A stretch of DNA of 57,820 bases from Octopus bimaculoides (Eukaryota). The DNA lies in NCBI RefSeq assembly GCF_001194135.2, contig NC_068982.1, positions 4,172,045-4,229,864 on the forward strand, in the 5' to 3' direction. The position numbers and the translations under genes are program-made. The notes below the pieces were generated by a model. That model worked only from the letters and a program-made list of their open reading frames with translations. It was not told where the DNA came from and made no database searches. The stretch's first letter is position 1; each line of letters starts with the position of its first letter. This document shows positions 36,459-48,078 of the stretch, piece by piece.

Positions 36459-36506
36459 CTGTAGCTGAAGAAGAAATAACGACTCCGAAATGCATGCATC
36501 CCACAG
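36459..36506 (+). ncRNA. Decayed minimal type I hammerhead motif, second family
   Basis: CUGUAG-CUGAAGA-A-GAAA(UAACGA)CUCC-GAAA-UGCAUGCA-UC/CCACAG: intact core, palindromic stem III, stem I 5/6 paired, stem II only 2/4 paired. Confidence 0.5.
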
Positions 36507-38028
36507 TGTGGATAGAAGACGCTGTGAACTGATTTGGTGTATTTACATCCATTTGTCTACAGCGAGAAATTTTCTCCATGACAAAATACCGTCAATTGCT
36601 TTCTTACGTGTTCGAGTATGCCTCAAGCATATTTGAACTGGTTACAAGTTTGTATTGTAGTTCTACATGCACAATACCTTAAAATAGACGGGATAGTCAC
36701 GACTGGAATATCTTTGATCAATCAGGGCTAACTTGGGACTAAAGAACTAAATATCAACAATTCTAAATAGTTCATCCGATAAACCGGTGTGATTTACTGC
36801 TAATGACAAAGCAATTGTATGCATAAGTTTTATGTTATAGAAAAAGAATAATGGATGAAAAGCTGGTGTTAAAGACACCTATTCCTATAATTATTATTGA
36901 TTAGGCTTGAGGGGGAAAAATAAGACAAACGAAATTAGAACGAAAGCGTATGGTGTATTTTTAGACTGTTAACGAGTTAGAATCGATTTAAATTGACGAT
37001 ACAATATCAACAGCCTGTTATGAGATTGTGAAAATTCGAAAATGGACCAATATTTCATATACTAAGAAATTTTCTTTCCTTATTTGTTTTTTTTTTTTAC
37101 ATAAACATCTTGTTTACTGAGAAAAGAATCTATAAAGGCGAAGAAGGCGTGAGGAGGTGGAAAAGGAACAAGAGAAGGAAAGCAGTGAAAAGGAAAAGAC
37201 AAACACATCATTATCATCATCATCTGAAGCAGTAGTTATAGTAGCAAGACTAGCAATGAATGATCATCTATACCATCGCTTGACCTGCTAGAAATAGGGG
37301 CCATATCACTCTCGAATCCTATTGTTACTGTGTTAATACATTGTACATTATATAAAGTAGTCCTAAAGATGACATAGTTACTCAATTATGGTCTGCCTTG
37401 GGCTAAACAACCACGATAACAAATGACACGCCGTTATTTTACTATGGTTTGAGAACAAGATGCTCACACACACATACGTATATATATATATATATATATN
37501 NNNNNNNNNNNNNNNNNNNNNNNNNNNNNNNNNNNNNNNNNNNNNNNNNNNNNNNNNNNNNNNNNNNNNNNNNNNNNNNNNNNNNNNNNNNNNNNNNNNN
37601 NNNNNNNNNNNNNNNNNNNNNNNNNNNNNNNNNNNNNNNNNNNNNNNNNNNNNNNNNNNNNNNNNNNNNNNNNNNNNNNNNNNNNNNNNNNNNNNNNNNN
37701 NNNNNNNNNNNNNNNNNNNNNNNNNNNNNNNNNNNNNNNNNNNNNNNNNNNNNNNNNNNNNNNNNNNNNNNNNNNNNNNNNNNNNNNNNNNNNNNNNNNN
37801 NNNNNNNNNNNNNNNNNNNNNNNNNNNNNNNNNNNNNNNNNNNNNNNNNNNNNNNNNNNNNNNNNNNNNNNNNNNNNNNNNNNNNNNNNNNNNNNNNNNN
37901 NNNNNNNNNNNNNNNNNNNNNNNNNNNNNNNNNNNNNNNNNNNNNNNNNNNNNNNNNNNNNNNNNNNNNNNNNNNNNNNNNNNNNNNNTTTACGGAATCG
38001 ATTAAGGTTTGGCGTGTATTGTTTAGAG

Positions 38029-38188
38029 CAGTGCGCCGCAACCTTTTTTCACTTCAAAATTCGGCGGCAGACCTGAACTAAAAATATAATTAGAAGTACA
38101 GGAAAAAATATATTCAGGTTACACTGCGGCACACCTAGCATTATCTCATGACACCAGTGTGCCGCGGAATATCGGTTGCGGAGCGCTG
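38029..38188. mobile_element. hAT-type MITE with 8-bp TSD
   Basis: GTTTAGAG at 38021-38028 and 38189-38196; TIRs CAGTGCGCCGCAACC / GGTTGCGGAGCGCTG. Confidence 0.85.
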
Positions 38189-38196
38189 GTTTAGAG

Positions 38197-38805
38197 TACG
38201 TGTGGATGACCCTCTGTTTAGGAAGGTCAAAGAGACCTGAAGGATTGTTATCATCTGCATAAGAGTGAGCGTTCTTAAATGTGGTGCCAAGAAAAAAATT
38301 GGTATAAAGGAGTAAGAAGCCCGGGGAAACAATAGAATTGATTGAGAATGGGGAAGAAAGAGCTCCGTCAACACATTTGGCATTGGGGATATCTGAAGGG
38401 GAACTAACGATTCAAGAATTGAAAGATGGGTGGAGCCCCAAGGTGGGAAACTTTGACTGGAGATTTGCACGTCAAATACGGTCAAAGGTTTTGCTTGTTT
38501 AGAACATTGGTTCCCATAGTTTTTTTCAGGCTGCTGTTCTCTTGGCACTCGGGCCAAATCCCTAGCACCTCGAGTCCTCCCCCAACTCACCACCATAAAC
38601 ATAGGCTACTTTCTGTAGCAAATTCAACACAACTGTATTTCACATATTTAACCTAATTAAGCTATTATTTGGTGGCGGTGGGGGTTATATCCATCGCCCC
38701 CTTTTGGCCACCCCATTATCGCCCCGCTTTTCTTCAATGCCCCCCTCCCCCCGAATCATTCCACCGCCCCCATGTGGCCAGTGCTGACTACTTTGGGAAA
38801 CACTG
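38197..38805. mobile_element. Probable second hAT-derived element (only the right end is clear)
   Basis: Ends TTTGGGAAACACTG followed by GTTTAGAA; left TIR not found. Confidence 0.4.
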
Positions 38806-38904
38806 GTTTAGAACATCAGCATTGTTCTAAAGCACGGGATTGTGGGACGGAAGGAGAATGTGTTTCCATTGGATCTGACTTTGCTGAAGGCGTAGTGGGG
38901 GTCA

Positions 38905-39260
38905 CCTATGTATATATATACGTATGGGTATGTGTGTGTGTGTATGTATGTGTGCATGTATATGTACGCATGTATGTGCATATGTATGTGTGTATGTATG
39001 TCTGTATATATGTATGTGCGTGTATGTATGTGTTATTGTGTATGTATGCATGTATGTGTTATTGTATATGTATGTATGTGTAGTTGTGTGTATGTATGCA
39101 TGTATGTGTGTATGTATGTGTGGTGCATGTACATATGTACGTGTATGTATCTGTAAGTATGCCTATATGTATGTGTGTGTGTATGTATGTATGTGTGTAT
39201 CTATGTATGCATGTGTATATGTATATATATATATATATATGTATGTATGTGTGTCTGTAC
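38905..39260. repeat. Degenerate (GT)/(AT)/(GTAT) low-complexity tract
   Basis: Directly visible; source of several spurious ORFs. Confidence 0.95.
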
Positions 39261-39489
39261 TTAAGATATTGTATAGTAGAATCGAGCCTGGAACCCAGCG
39301 GTTGCAAAGCGTTTGTTAACCACATTGCTATGTAGTCACAATAGTATAACTGACGAATAACGATCCCATCGTTTGACTAAATTCCATTCTTTTTCACAAG
39401 ACTAGCATATAAAAAATACTCGGCCTTTGTATTTGATTTGCAATATTCTTGATTTGGGCTCGTGTATTGAAATAAATCTTGTGTCTTGG

Positions 39490-39603
39490 GCAACAATAAT
39501 AACATACGCACTGGTTCGATACTACTTCTTTATTGTTAGTCAATTGGTTAAATTGACTAACAGTAGAGAAGTGATTTTGAACCGTGCGTATATTATTGTT
39601 AGC
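39490..39603. mobile_element. Short member of the same foldback family
   Basis: AATAATAACATACGCACTGGTTC...GAACCGTGCGTATATTATT; 50 bp from the IQCG exon 2 donor. Confidence 0.7.
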
Positions 39604-39653
39604 GTAATGACACTCCTAAGGCAACATATGAAAATATTTAAATTTTCACTTAC

Positions 39654-40197
39654 CTTGAAGCCAAGGAGTTGTCATACTTTCTTTTCTGGCGTTTCACCTT
39701 CATATACTCAATAATATCGTCTAAATCCTGAATTTCCAGTTTCAGTTGTTGTTTTACTTTCAGACATTGACGTGAAACTTGGAGAAGTCGTTTCTCCGTC
39801 TCGATGCACTCTCCAAGACATTTTTCACGTTCTGCATTAACGGCATTGGTGTTATCAATGGCCTGTACCAAGTGATTATATGTGCATTTACTTATAATTT
39901 CGTCTCTTGTATTTTCAATGATTTTATTCAAAAAAATTCGGTCTTTTTCTACTTTCACTAAATAATTTGGGAAAAGCAATTGTTCTTGGATAAGACGAGC
40001 AGATATTAGCTGAAAGTGATAGTCAAAAGATCGATCTTTGATACGGTTATGTAATCTTTTGCGAGCTCTTTGTAATGTCACACATTCTTTTAGAATGTTT
40101 TGCATTCGAAATATTTGTTTCTTCTCTTCCTCTGTCTCCTTTTCAAGATTCTTTAGTTCAGCCTCAATATCTTCCTTTACGAGAGCTTCCGCCAAAC
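39654..40197 (-). CDS. IQCG: IQCG/DRC9 coding exon 2 (544 nt, coiled coil)
   Basis: Acceptor tatttaag|GT TTG GCG (phase 1), donor TCA AG|GTAAGT (phase 2). KVEKDRIFLNKIIENTRDEIISKCTYNHLVQAI aligns by eye to human IQCG [33 protein letters not shown] (recalled). Confidence 0.9.
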
Positions 40198-40454
40198 CTT
40201 AAATATAATGTCATTTAAACAAGATTTAGTTACTAATGAAACGTTTCACCTACAACGACTCCCTTCGCAGGGAGTCGCATCAAATATAAGGTTACGTAAA
40301 TAAAAGATCTATCTATCTATCTACCTACCTATCTATGTATTTATCTACTTATCTATCTACCTACCTACCTACCTACCTACCTACCTACCTACCTACCTAC
40401 CTACCTATCTATCTATCTATCTATCTATCTGTCTGTCTGTCTGTCTATCTAAGG

Positions 40455-40860
40455 AACAGGCATGGGTGTATGGCAGGACGCTTGTTTCCCGGCTATATTG
40501 TTTCAGGTTCAGTCCCACTGCGTGGCATCTTGGGCAAGTGTCTTCTTCTATAAACTTGGGCCAATCAAAGTCTTGTGAGAGGATTTGGTAGACGGAAATT
40601 GAAAGAATTGAAAGAATTGCTCGTCGTATACACACACAGAGACACACACACGTTTGTGTGTGTGTGTCTGTGTTTGTGTTTGGCATTTGTGTTTAACAAC
40701 CGGTGTTGGTTTGTTTACGTCTCTGTAAACAGTGCAGTGCGGCAAAAGAGAATGGCAGTATAAGTATCAGGCTTAAAATATAAATCATAGGGTCGATTTG
40801 TTCGACTTAAACCTGAAACTCGGGACCCCAGCATGGCCGCAATCCAATAACCAGAACCAG
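40455..40860 (+). mobile_element. SINE family A copy
   Basis: Head, (CA)/(GT) centre, tail cccagcatggccgcaatccaa. Confidence 0.85.
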
Positions 40861-40938
40861 TAAAAACTGAAAGGCACCTTCTCATAGGGTCCCATCAGGT
40901 GATACTCAGAGTAGCAAGGGAGTGACTCGACCAAAATA

Positions 40939-40971
<33 letters not shown>

Positions 40972-42198
40972 CGTGTGTATTTCTGTGTGTATGTATGTAT
41001 ATACACGCACACACATACATATATGTATATGTATAATAAAAACAATGTGTTTGCTAATTTGAGACAGCGGGGTGTGCGTTGAAAGAAATTTGACTGCTAT
41101 TTCTTGCAGGTTGTATGACCATGTTGAGGTATTCCCTCGTTGGGTCGAAGTAAACATTTTTGTATCACCTTAGATCAACCCTGATCGAACGTATCTATGA
41201 TGAAAGAGACCAGCCGTCCAATAGCTCTTTTCTTGAAGATTGTAGGGTGTTAAAATTGAAGGTAATTCAACTGTTATTTCTAGTAGCGCAATCGACCCTA
41301 CATAAACTTGTTTTTAAAGACTGGAACCAACCGACGTATATAGATGACAACCTTACAAGTGAAATATTGTTTGACAGCGACACAACAGTAGATGCTCGTC
41401 CTGCAGGAAACAATTTCCCGTCCCCGCTCTTACACATATTTTGTATCTCGTTCCTCCGGGCAGGGTTTTGGTGTGAGAGCAATTTGAGATGTGAATTGTT
41501 TTGGGAGAGATAATTAGCGTGAAGAAGTACTGGCGGGATTTGGGCAGCAAATATATAATGTTAATAGTTCCACCGTTTCTTTGGCGGCTTAGAGGAAGAC
41601 ACTGCAAAATGTTGGCACTTAAAGACACCTGTTTTTGATTCCCTCTTTCCTTTAGGTGCCATGTCGAGAATGTAGGACATAAGCAATCGTGTCCCGCCAC
41701 AATTCTCTGTTCTTTGTTTTCTGTAAAAGTTCCACTTCCTGATGTTTAATGCAGGAAAGAGAGAAAGAAAGAGGGAGAGATGAGTTTAGTGACACCAATA
41801 CGGAGCACAAGACGAAGGCTGTAGCAATGTCGATAGTAATGCTCAAGTGGGTCAACAGCCACCAAGTCTTAACAAGACATACGTCAACCTTAAAATGCTG
41901 TGGCGAGCTACAATGGTTTGCTTTATGTTCTCAAACCATCCGTGTGCTGTGAGGAGGACTTGGTTGTAGTGATTACGTATTTGCAGCTGTGCATGTTTTA
42001 TATGCAAGCGTTTGTATAAATCAAAGTAACTTTAGAATGTTGTGAGTTGAAATCAACTGAAAATGTTACAAAAGAAGCAAATAATTGAAGCAACCAACGG
42101 AGATTATTGGGACAAAAAGCAAATGCTTGTAATTTCTATTATCGATGAAATGAACATAAAAATGTACAGCAAAGTAAAGAGATGGGGATAAAGAGAAA

Positions 42199-42249
<51 letters not shown>

Positions 42250-42542
42250 TATGAGAAATGGGAGAAAGAGACAGACTGAGAGCCGAAGAGGCAATCTTGG
42301 TCAATTCAATATGGTATTGGTCTGCCAGCTTAAGTGTGAATAGTTTATTTCCGTCCGTTCCTTGAATTACATCGCTGTTCATGACATCTTTAGTTTTGGC
42401 AAAACCAAACTAATCCCCCACAAAAAGAAACAAAGACCAAATGTCCAGATACCTGCCCCGCCACCTCGACGAGTGAACGAGTAAAATGTCAATTACTATT
42501 TTTGAATCTCACAACGTGAGATATTCAGCCACAGTACTTTGG

Positions 42543-42891
42543 AGTAAAGATTGTTTGCCAACATGACATGGCAGTCCTGGTTTAGGACGAACGTTGCTGT
42601 AATTTAGCCCCAGGAGACATCGTCTCCAGCTGGCTATACGATACGATCTGTGTCCTTATGTTTTCGAACAAGGGAATCTAGCAACCCCACTCAGCTTAAA
42701 ACTCCCACTCAGCGATACACAGCTATTGTTTTGAGCTGAGTGGGGAGGGGTGCTAGATTCCCTTGTTCGAAAATATAAGGACACAGATCGTGTCGTATAG
42801 CCAGCTGGAGACGATGTCTCCTGGGGCTAAATTACAGCAACATTCGTCCTAAACCAGGACTGCCATGTTACGTTGGCAAACAATCTTTACT
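42543..42891. repeat. 349-bp near-perfect foldback (arms about 160 bp)
   Basis: AGTAAAGATTGTTTGCCAAC... / ...GTTGGCAAACAATCTTTACT; five transition mismatches over the outer ~140 bp, one small indel, loop about 25 bp; no TSD seen. Confidence 0.92.
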
Positions 42892-43264
42892 ATAAAATGT
42901 CAACGTAATTAAGCTGTGAATGAAACATAGAAGTACAAGTAACCGCTACAAGTAACGGCTACAATACCGGACGCATAAGGAGTATTTCGATAGCTTGCTG
43001 TGTACACGGCAATTTAAGATCCTGAATGTAGCTGAGAGAGAAACAAGGTGTTTGTCAAACGAATTTTAGAGACATTATTTAACTGTATTACAATCATTGC
43101 GAAAACATTGTGAGTTTTAATTAAAGATAACTATTAATTGTAGCTTCGTTATGTTCACAAAATGCACGGTCATTGATTGTTGACACTAGATTGCAACAGA
43201 TGACAAAATCAAAAAACAGAAATGGAAAACAAGTTAACCAAAGAAACGGCAATTATATCAATAT

Positions 43265-43570
43265 AATATTGCTTTTAGATTTGGGCAGAAGGTCAGTGAT
43301 TTGAGGGGAGGGGCTAAGTCGATTGCGTCGACTCCAGTCGTATTTATTTTGTCGACCCTGAAAGACAAAGGCGACGGAGGAGGTAAAGAATACGTACATC
43401 ACCGGTTTTCGGCGTAACAAAAACACTGGCCGTAAAACCAACCGTATCCACCGGGTGTTCGTATTCTTTACCTTCACCAAGGCGACATCAGTCGAATTTG
43501 AACTCAGAACGTAGAGCGGGACAAAATACCGCTAAATACTCTGACCGGCTTGCTAACCATTCTGCCACCT
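43265..43570 (-). mobile_element. SINE family B copy just inside IQCG intron 1
   Basis: gaatttgaactcagaacgta...ctaaccattctgcca; starts about 40 bp from the exon 1 donor. Confidence 0.8.
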
Positions 43571-43608
43571 TGATTATCAATACAATATTGAAAGAACTTT
43601 TTCTGTAC

Positions 43609-43768
43609 CTTCCTGAGCATATGGTATAATACCCAAAACAGCCAGTTTATCTAGGGCATCTTCAAGGACAGTACATATATGTTGGAATGTTATGTGTGCT
43701 CCAAATTTGAGTTGCTTTTCAGCTAGTAAAGTATCTCCTGAATCTAAATCTTTACCGCTTGATTTCAT
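43609..43768 (-). CDS. IQCG: IQCG/DRC9 coding exon 1 (putative start exon, 160 nt)
   Basis: ATG at 43768-43766; MKSSGKDL...HICTVLEDALDKLAVLGIIPYAQE resembles the IQCG N-terminal block (human, recalled: RISAVLEDTTDQLSILNY). Donor GAAG|GTACAG after 43609 is phase 1 and matches the exon 2 acceptor phase. Extra upstream or intervening exons cannot be excluded. Confidence 0.75.
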
Positions 43769-44069
43769 GACTTCTTTTTGAATTCGGTAACGTTTAATGT
43801 GAAAGAAAGTGATTTTGCAAAACCGGCGTTAGTTGAACGTGCAAGATCACGTGCGTTTGTTCGTCAACTGCGAGAGTTCTTCAGTGAAAACGATTGAGAT
43901 TTTCATTTGAAAATCTTGAAGTTTGAAGTTTTTTTTTAACCATACACGAGATGAGTTTTATACGAGTATTAAGGCAAAAATGACTTCTGTGGATAACATA
44001 TTTTAAACCCTAATATCTCATGTTTCAGCCCAATTTTTGAGGTATTTGTGTGTGTGGCTATATATATAT

Positions 44070-44484
44070 ATATTCTTTTATTCTTTTGTTTCAGTCATTT
44101 GACTGCGGCCATGCTGGAGAGCACCACCTTTAGTCGAACAAATCGACCCCAGGACTTATTCTTTTGTAATCCTAGTACTATTCTATCGGTCTGTTTTGCC
44201 GAACCGCTAAGTTACGATGACGTAAACACACCAACATCCGTTGTTAAGCGATGGTGGGGGCCAAACACAGACACACAAACACACACACACACACACATAT
44301 ATATATACACATACATAATATATACGACAGGTTTCTTTCAGTTTCCGGTACCAAATCCGCTCACAAGTCTTTGGTCGGCCCGAGGCTCTCGTAGAAGACA
44401 CTTGCTCAAGGTGCCACGCAGTGGGATTGGACCCGAAACCATGTGGTTAGTAAGCAATCTCCTTACCACACACCCACTCCTGCG

Positions 44485-44490
<6 letters not shown>
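44070..44490 (-). mobile_element. SINE family A copy, full length
   Basis: tgtttcagtcatttgactgcggccatgctgga...accacacacccactcctgcgccta; 300 bp upstream of the IQCG ATG. Confidence 0.92.
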
Positions 44491-44533
<43 letters not shown>

Positions 44534-45666
44534 GTAAAATTTTATATACATAATTACAAAATAGCTGCTAATAATTTCATGCTTTAAAGATACATTAAAT
44601 TGGTAGATTTATATAAATGCCATGTATCATCTTTTTCGGTCCAAGAATTCCACCACACTAGATCCGAAATTTTTACGAAATACATGGGCAGTTTTTTTTT
44701 TGTCGAACTTACGATTCAAGTAAGATACTAAAGGATTAAACTAAATACTAGAAGGTATTATCTCCCAATCCTCCCACAATTCTCCACGAAACTTATTAGC
44801 TTAGAGTCTTTATGTTATTCACTAGAATTTACGATAACGCATCTACTTTGTCATCTGTTGGATGTTTTGTCTAATTTTCTCGATTAAATACTTTTGTCAA
44901 TAACTGATTTAATTTTTCGTTTTTCGAATTTTTTTGTTACTTTCATTAAAATATATTTCCTTCCCGATAATGTTTTCCAGGTGTTATTTATTGAATAGAG
45001 TATAATTATTTATATATTTTTTATATTAAATGAATTTTAAGCAAATATTTCTATTTCATTCGGGAATTCTAAAATTCTATTTATTCCTTTTACACAATGA
45101 TATAAAAAAAAAAAAACCCGTCTTCACTATTTTTTTACATTGAAATCTACTTGCTAATAGGAAAATGAAAAATGAGATAACTTAAATCCTTTTATGACAT
45201 ATATAAGTCTTCTACGTTCGCTGCAGACATCCACAAACTGCCGCATTTTGTCTTCTACCAAGCGATGAATGTTTTGCATTCCCTCTTTATGTTCGCTGAA
45301 CTTGTTAAAAAATAAGTTAAAATTACTCCAAATCATTTTCTGTTTGTCTTTAAAAGCTGCGATGTATAGTTCAGAATATCCATTGCTTTATAATCGATGA
45401 GATGGTTATAACTGGACTGACTTTTCTCATGAGTCGATCTGATCATAGCTGGCGTATGATTTAATTAACAACGGTACCAGCGATACAGCAGCATTCCATG
45501 TTATGAAGCTTAACTCTCTCTTGCCCACGCAAGCTGTATGCCAATAGGCGATGTCAAGTGACTTTTAACTTAACCGCTCTAAACAACGCTTTCTAAGAGA
45601 TGCGCAAAGTCAGAAACATGGAGTAATAGGTTAGTTGATTAAATACTTGACCGTGACTGTGTTTAT

Positions 45667-45736
<70 letters not shown>

Positions 45737-45747
45737 ACATATATAGA

Positions 45748-46653
45748 CAGGGTAGGGGAGAAAGGACGGATGTTTTGAAATGACTATTACTCATCCCCAG
45801 GTGGAGGGACATATGTCCGGCAGGTATCATTCGGTCGGTGGTGTCTTAGCATTTTGTTTTCAGGTGAAGCCACGGCGCTGTGGACGATAGAGCATCGCGT
45901 ATTTGCCTACATCAATTACGTGAAGAATAACGAGTCTGTCAGAGCAGTTCAGCGTGAGTTTCAGCGCCACGTCAACATTTACCGAAATCAGGCTGTTCCC
46001 AACCGTAACACAATCTTATTGGGTGAATGCACTTCGTACACGAGATACACTAATGAATAGGAGAACGGTGGGGGCGCCACGAACGGTACGGACCCCGGAA
46101 AATGTGAAATGCGTCAGACAAACTTTGATACGGAGTCCGAATCGCTCTGCTCGGAGACATTCCACTGAACCGGCATCGGTAATCGATCGATAAGGCGTAT
46201 TTTGCATGAAGACTGCATTTCCATCCGTACACATTGGTCATTGGGCAACTGTTGAAACCATGCGACTACGCACAGCGGCTTAACTTCGCACGTCAGATGG
46301 AAGCAGGTTTCGAGGCAGATGACAACCTCATTTTGTTAATGAGTGATGAAGTTCATTTTCATCTCAATAGCATGGAGAATCAACAGAACTGTCGTTATTG
46401 GGCTCTTGAAACACCCAAGAGAGTAATGTCGCCCCAATCGACAATGCTGGAGAGAGTAGAGGCCAACTTCCAAGAACGTCTTCAGAAGTGCATCAATGAA
46501 AACGGACACCACATGATGGATATTGTTTTCCACACTTGATTTTAACAAATGCTAATCCAATACAAACATATTGATGTCAATAAAATTTGTTTGCAGCTAA
46601 AATTAATGATTTTGTGAATTTTTAAAAACGTCCATCTTCTTTGCCCAACCCTG
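45748..46653 (+). mobile_element. Internally deleted Tc1/mariner element (DUF4817-type N-terminus)
   Basis: Imperfect TIRs of about 33 bp, CAGGGTAGGGGAGAAAGGACGGATGTTTTGAAA vs CAGGGTTGGGCAAAGAAGATGGACGTTTTTAAA; TA at the right end; frameshifted transposase (ESVRAVQREF...VPNRNTI, RTVRTPEN...SPNRSARRHS, MSDEVHFHLN...QNCRYW) jumping to the C-terminal ...RLQKCINENGHH. Confidence 0.85.
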
Positions 46654-48028
46654 TATATACGTATACACACACACAAACACACACACACACANNNNNNNNN
46701 NNNNNNNNNNNNNNNNNNNNNNNNNNNNNNNNNNNNNNNNNNNNNNNNNNNNNNNNNNNNNNNNNNNNNNNNNNNNNNNNNNNNNNNNNNNNNNNNNNNN
46801 NNNNNNNNNNNNNNNNNNNNNNNNNNNNNNNNNNNNNNNNNNNNNNNNNNNNNNNNNNNNNNNNNNNNNNNNNNNNNNNNNNNNNNNNNNNNNNNNNNNN
46901 NNNNNNNNNNNNNNNNNNNNNNNNNNNNNNNNNNNNNNNNNNNNNNNNNNNNNNNNNNNNNNNNNNNNNNNNNNNNNNNNNNNNNNNNNNNNNNNNNNNN
47001 NNNNNNNNNNNNNNNNNNNNNNNNNNNNNNNNNNNNNNNNNNNNNNNNNNNNNNNNNNNNNNNNNNNNNNNNNNNNNNNNNNNNNNNNNNNNNNNNNNNN
47101 NNNNNNNNNNNNNNNNNNNNNNNNNNNNNNNNNNNNNNNNNNNNNNNNNNNNNNNNNNNNNNNNNNNNNNNNNNNNNNNNNNNNNNNNNNNNNNNNNNNN
47201 NNNNNNNNNNNNNNNNNNNNNNNNNNNNNNNNNNNNNNNNNNNNNNNNNNNNNNNNNNNNNNNNNNNNNNNNNNNNNNNNNNNNNNNNNNNNNNNNNNNN
47301 NNNNNNNNNNNNNNNNNNNNNNNNNNNNNNNNNNNNNNNNNNNNNNNNNNNNNNNNNNNNNNNNNNNNNNNNNNNNNNNNNNNNNNNNNNNNNNNNNNNN
47401 NNNNNNNNNNNNNNNNNNNNNNNNNNNNNNNNNNNNNNNNNNNNNNNNNNNNNNNNNNNNNNNNNNNNNNNNNNNNNNNNNNNNNNNNNNNNNNNNNNNN
47501 NNNNNNNNNNNNNNNNNNNNNNNNNNNNNNNNNNNNNNNNNNNNNNNNNNNNNNNNNNNNNNNNNNNNNNNNNNNNNNNNNNNNNNNNNNNNNNNNNNNN
47601 NNNNNNNNNNNNNNNNNNNNNNNNNATATATATATATACGCACATATATATATGTGTGTGTGTTTTCTTTTTAGTGAATTGACTTTCAAAGAGGAACTCA
47701 GTTCAGATAACCCACTCTTAAAGAAAAACAAACAAGCCACCCGCAATCATTATAGCCTAATAGAGAACAATCCCAGAAACCCTTATTATCATACCTGCAC
47801 CATGGACGGAAATCACCAGTCACATTCTGGTGCCAGACATAGCCACCCCATATCCCAGAGCTACTGGCCCATCCAAAACGCAAGAGCGGCACAGGGTGAT
47901 ACCAGTAGTACTTATTCTATCGGTCACTTTTGCCGAACCGCTATGTTACGGGGACGTAAACACACCAGCATCGGTTGTCAAGCGATGTTGGGGTATCAAA
48001 TACAGACAGACAGACACATACACACACA

Positions 48029-48078
<50 letters not shown>

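Noticed and set aside
41353-41500. LPGGTRYKICVRA as a fibronectin type III strand
   Set aside because: Short motif only; the rest of the frame lacks FN3 features and splice sites are not evident.
42285-42410. Possible extra IQCG exon (FGFAKTKDVMNSDVIQG...)
   Set aside because: No good donor, runs into (CT)n, and exons 1 and 2 already join in phase without it.
45154-45390. Minus-strand frame NGYSELYIAAFKDKQKMIWSNF... as an upstream IQCG exon
   Set aside because: No recognisable homology and no clear splice donor.
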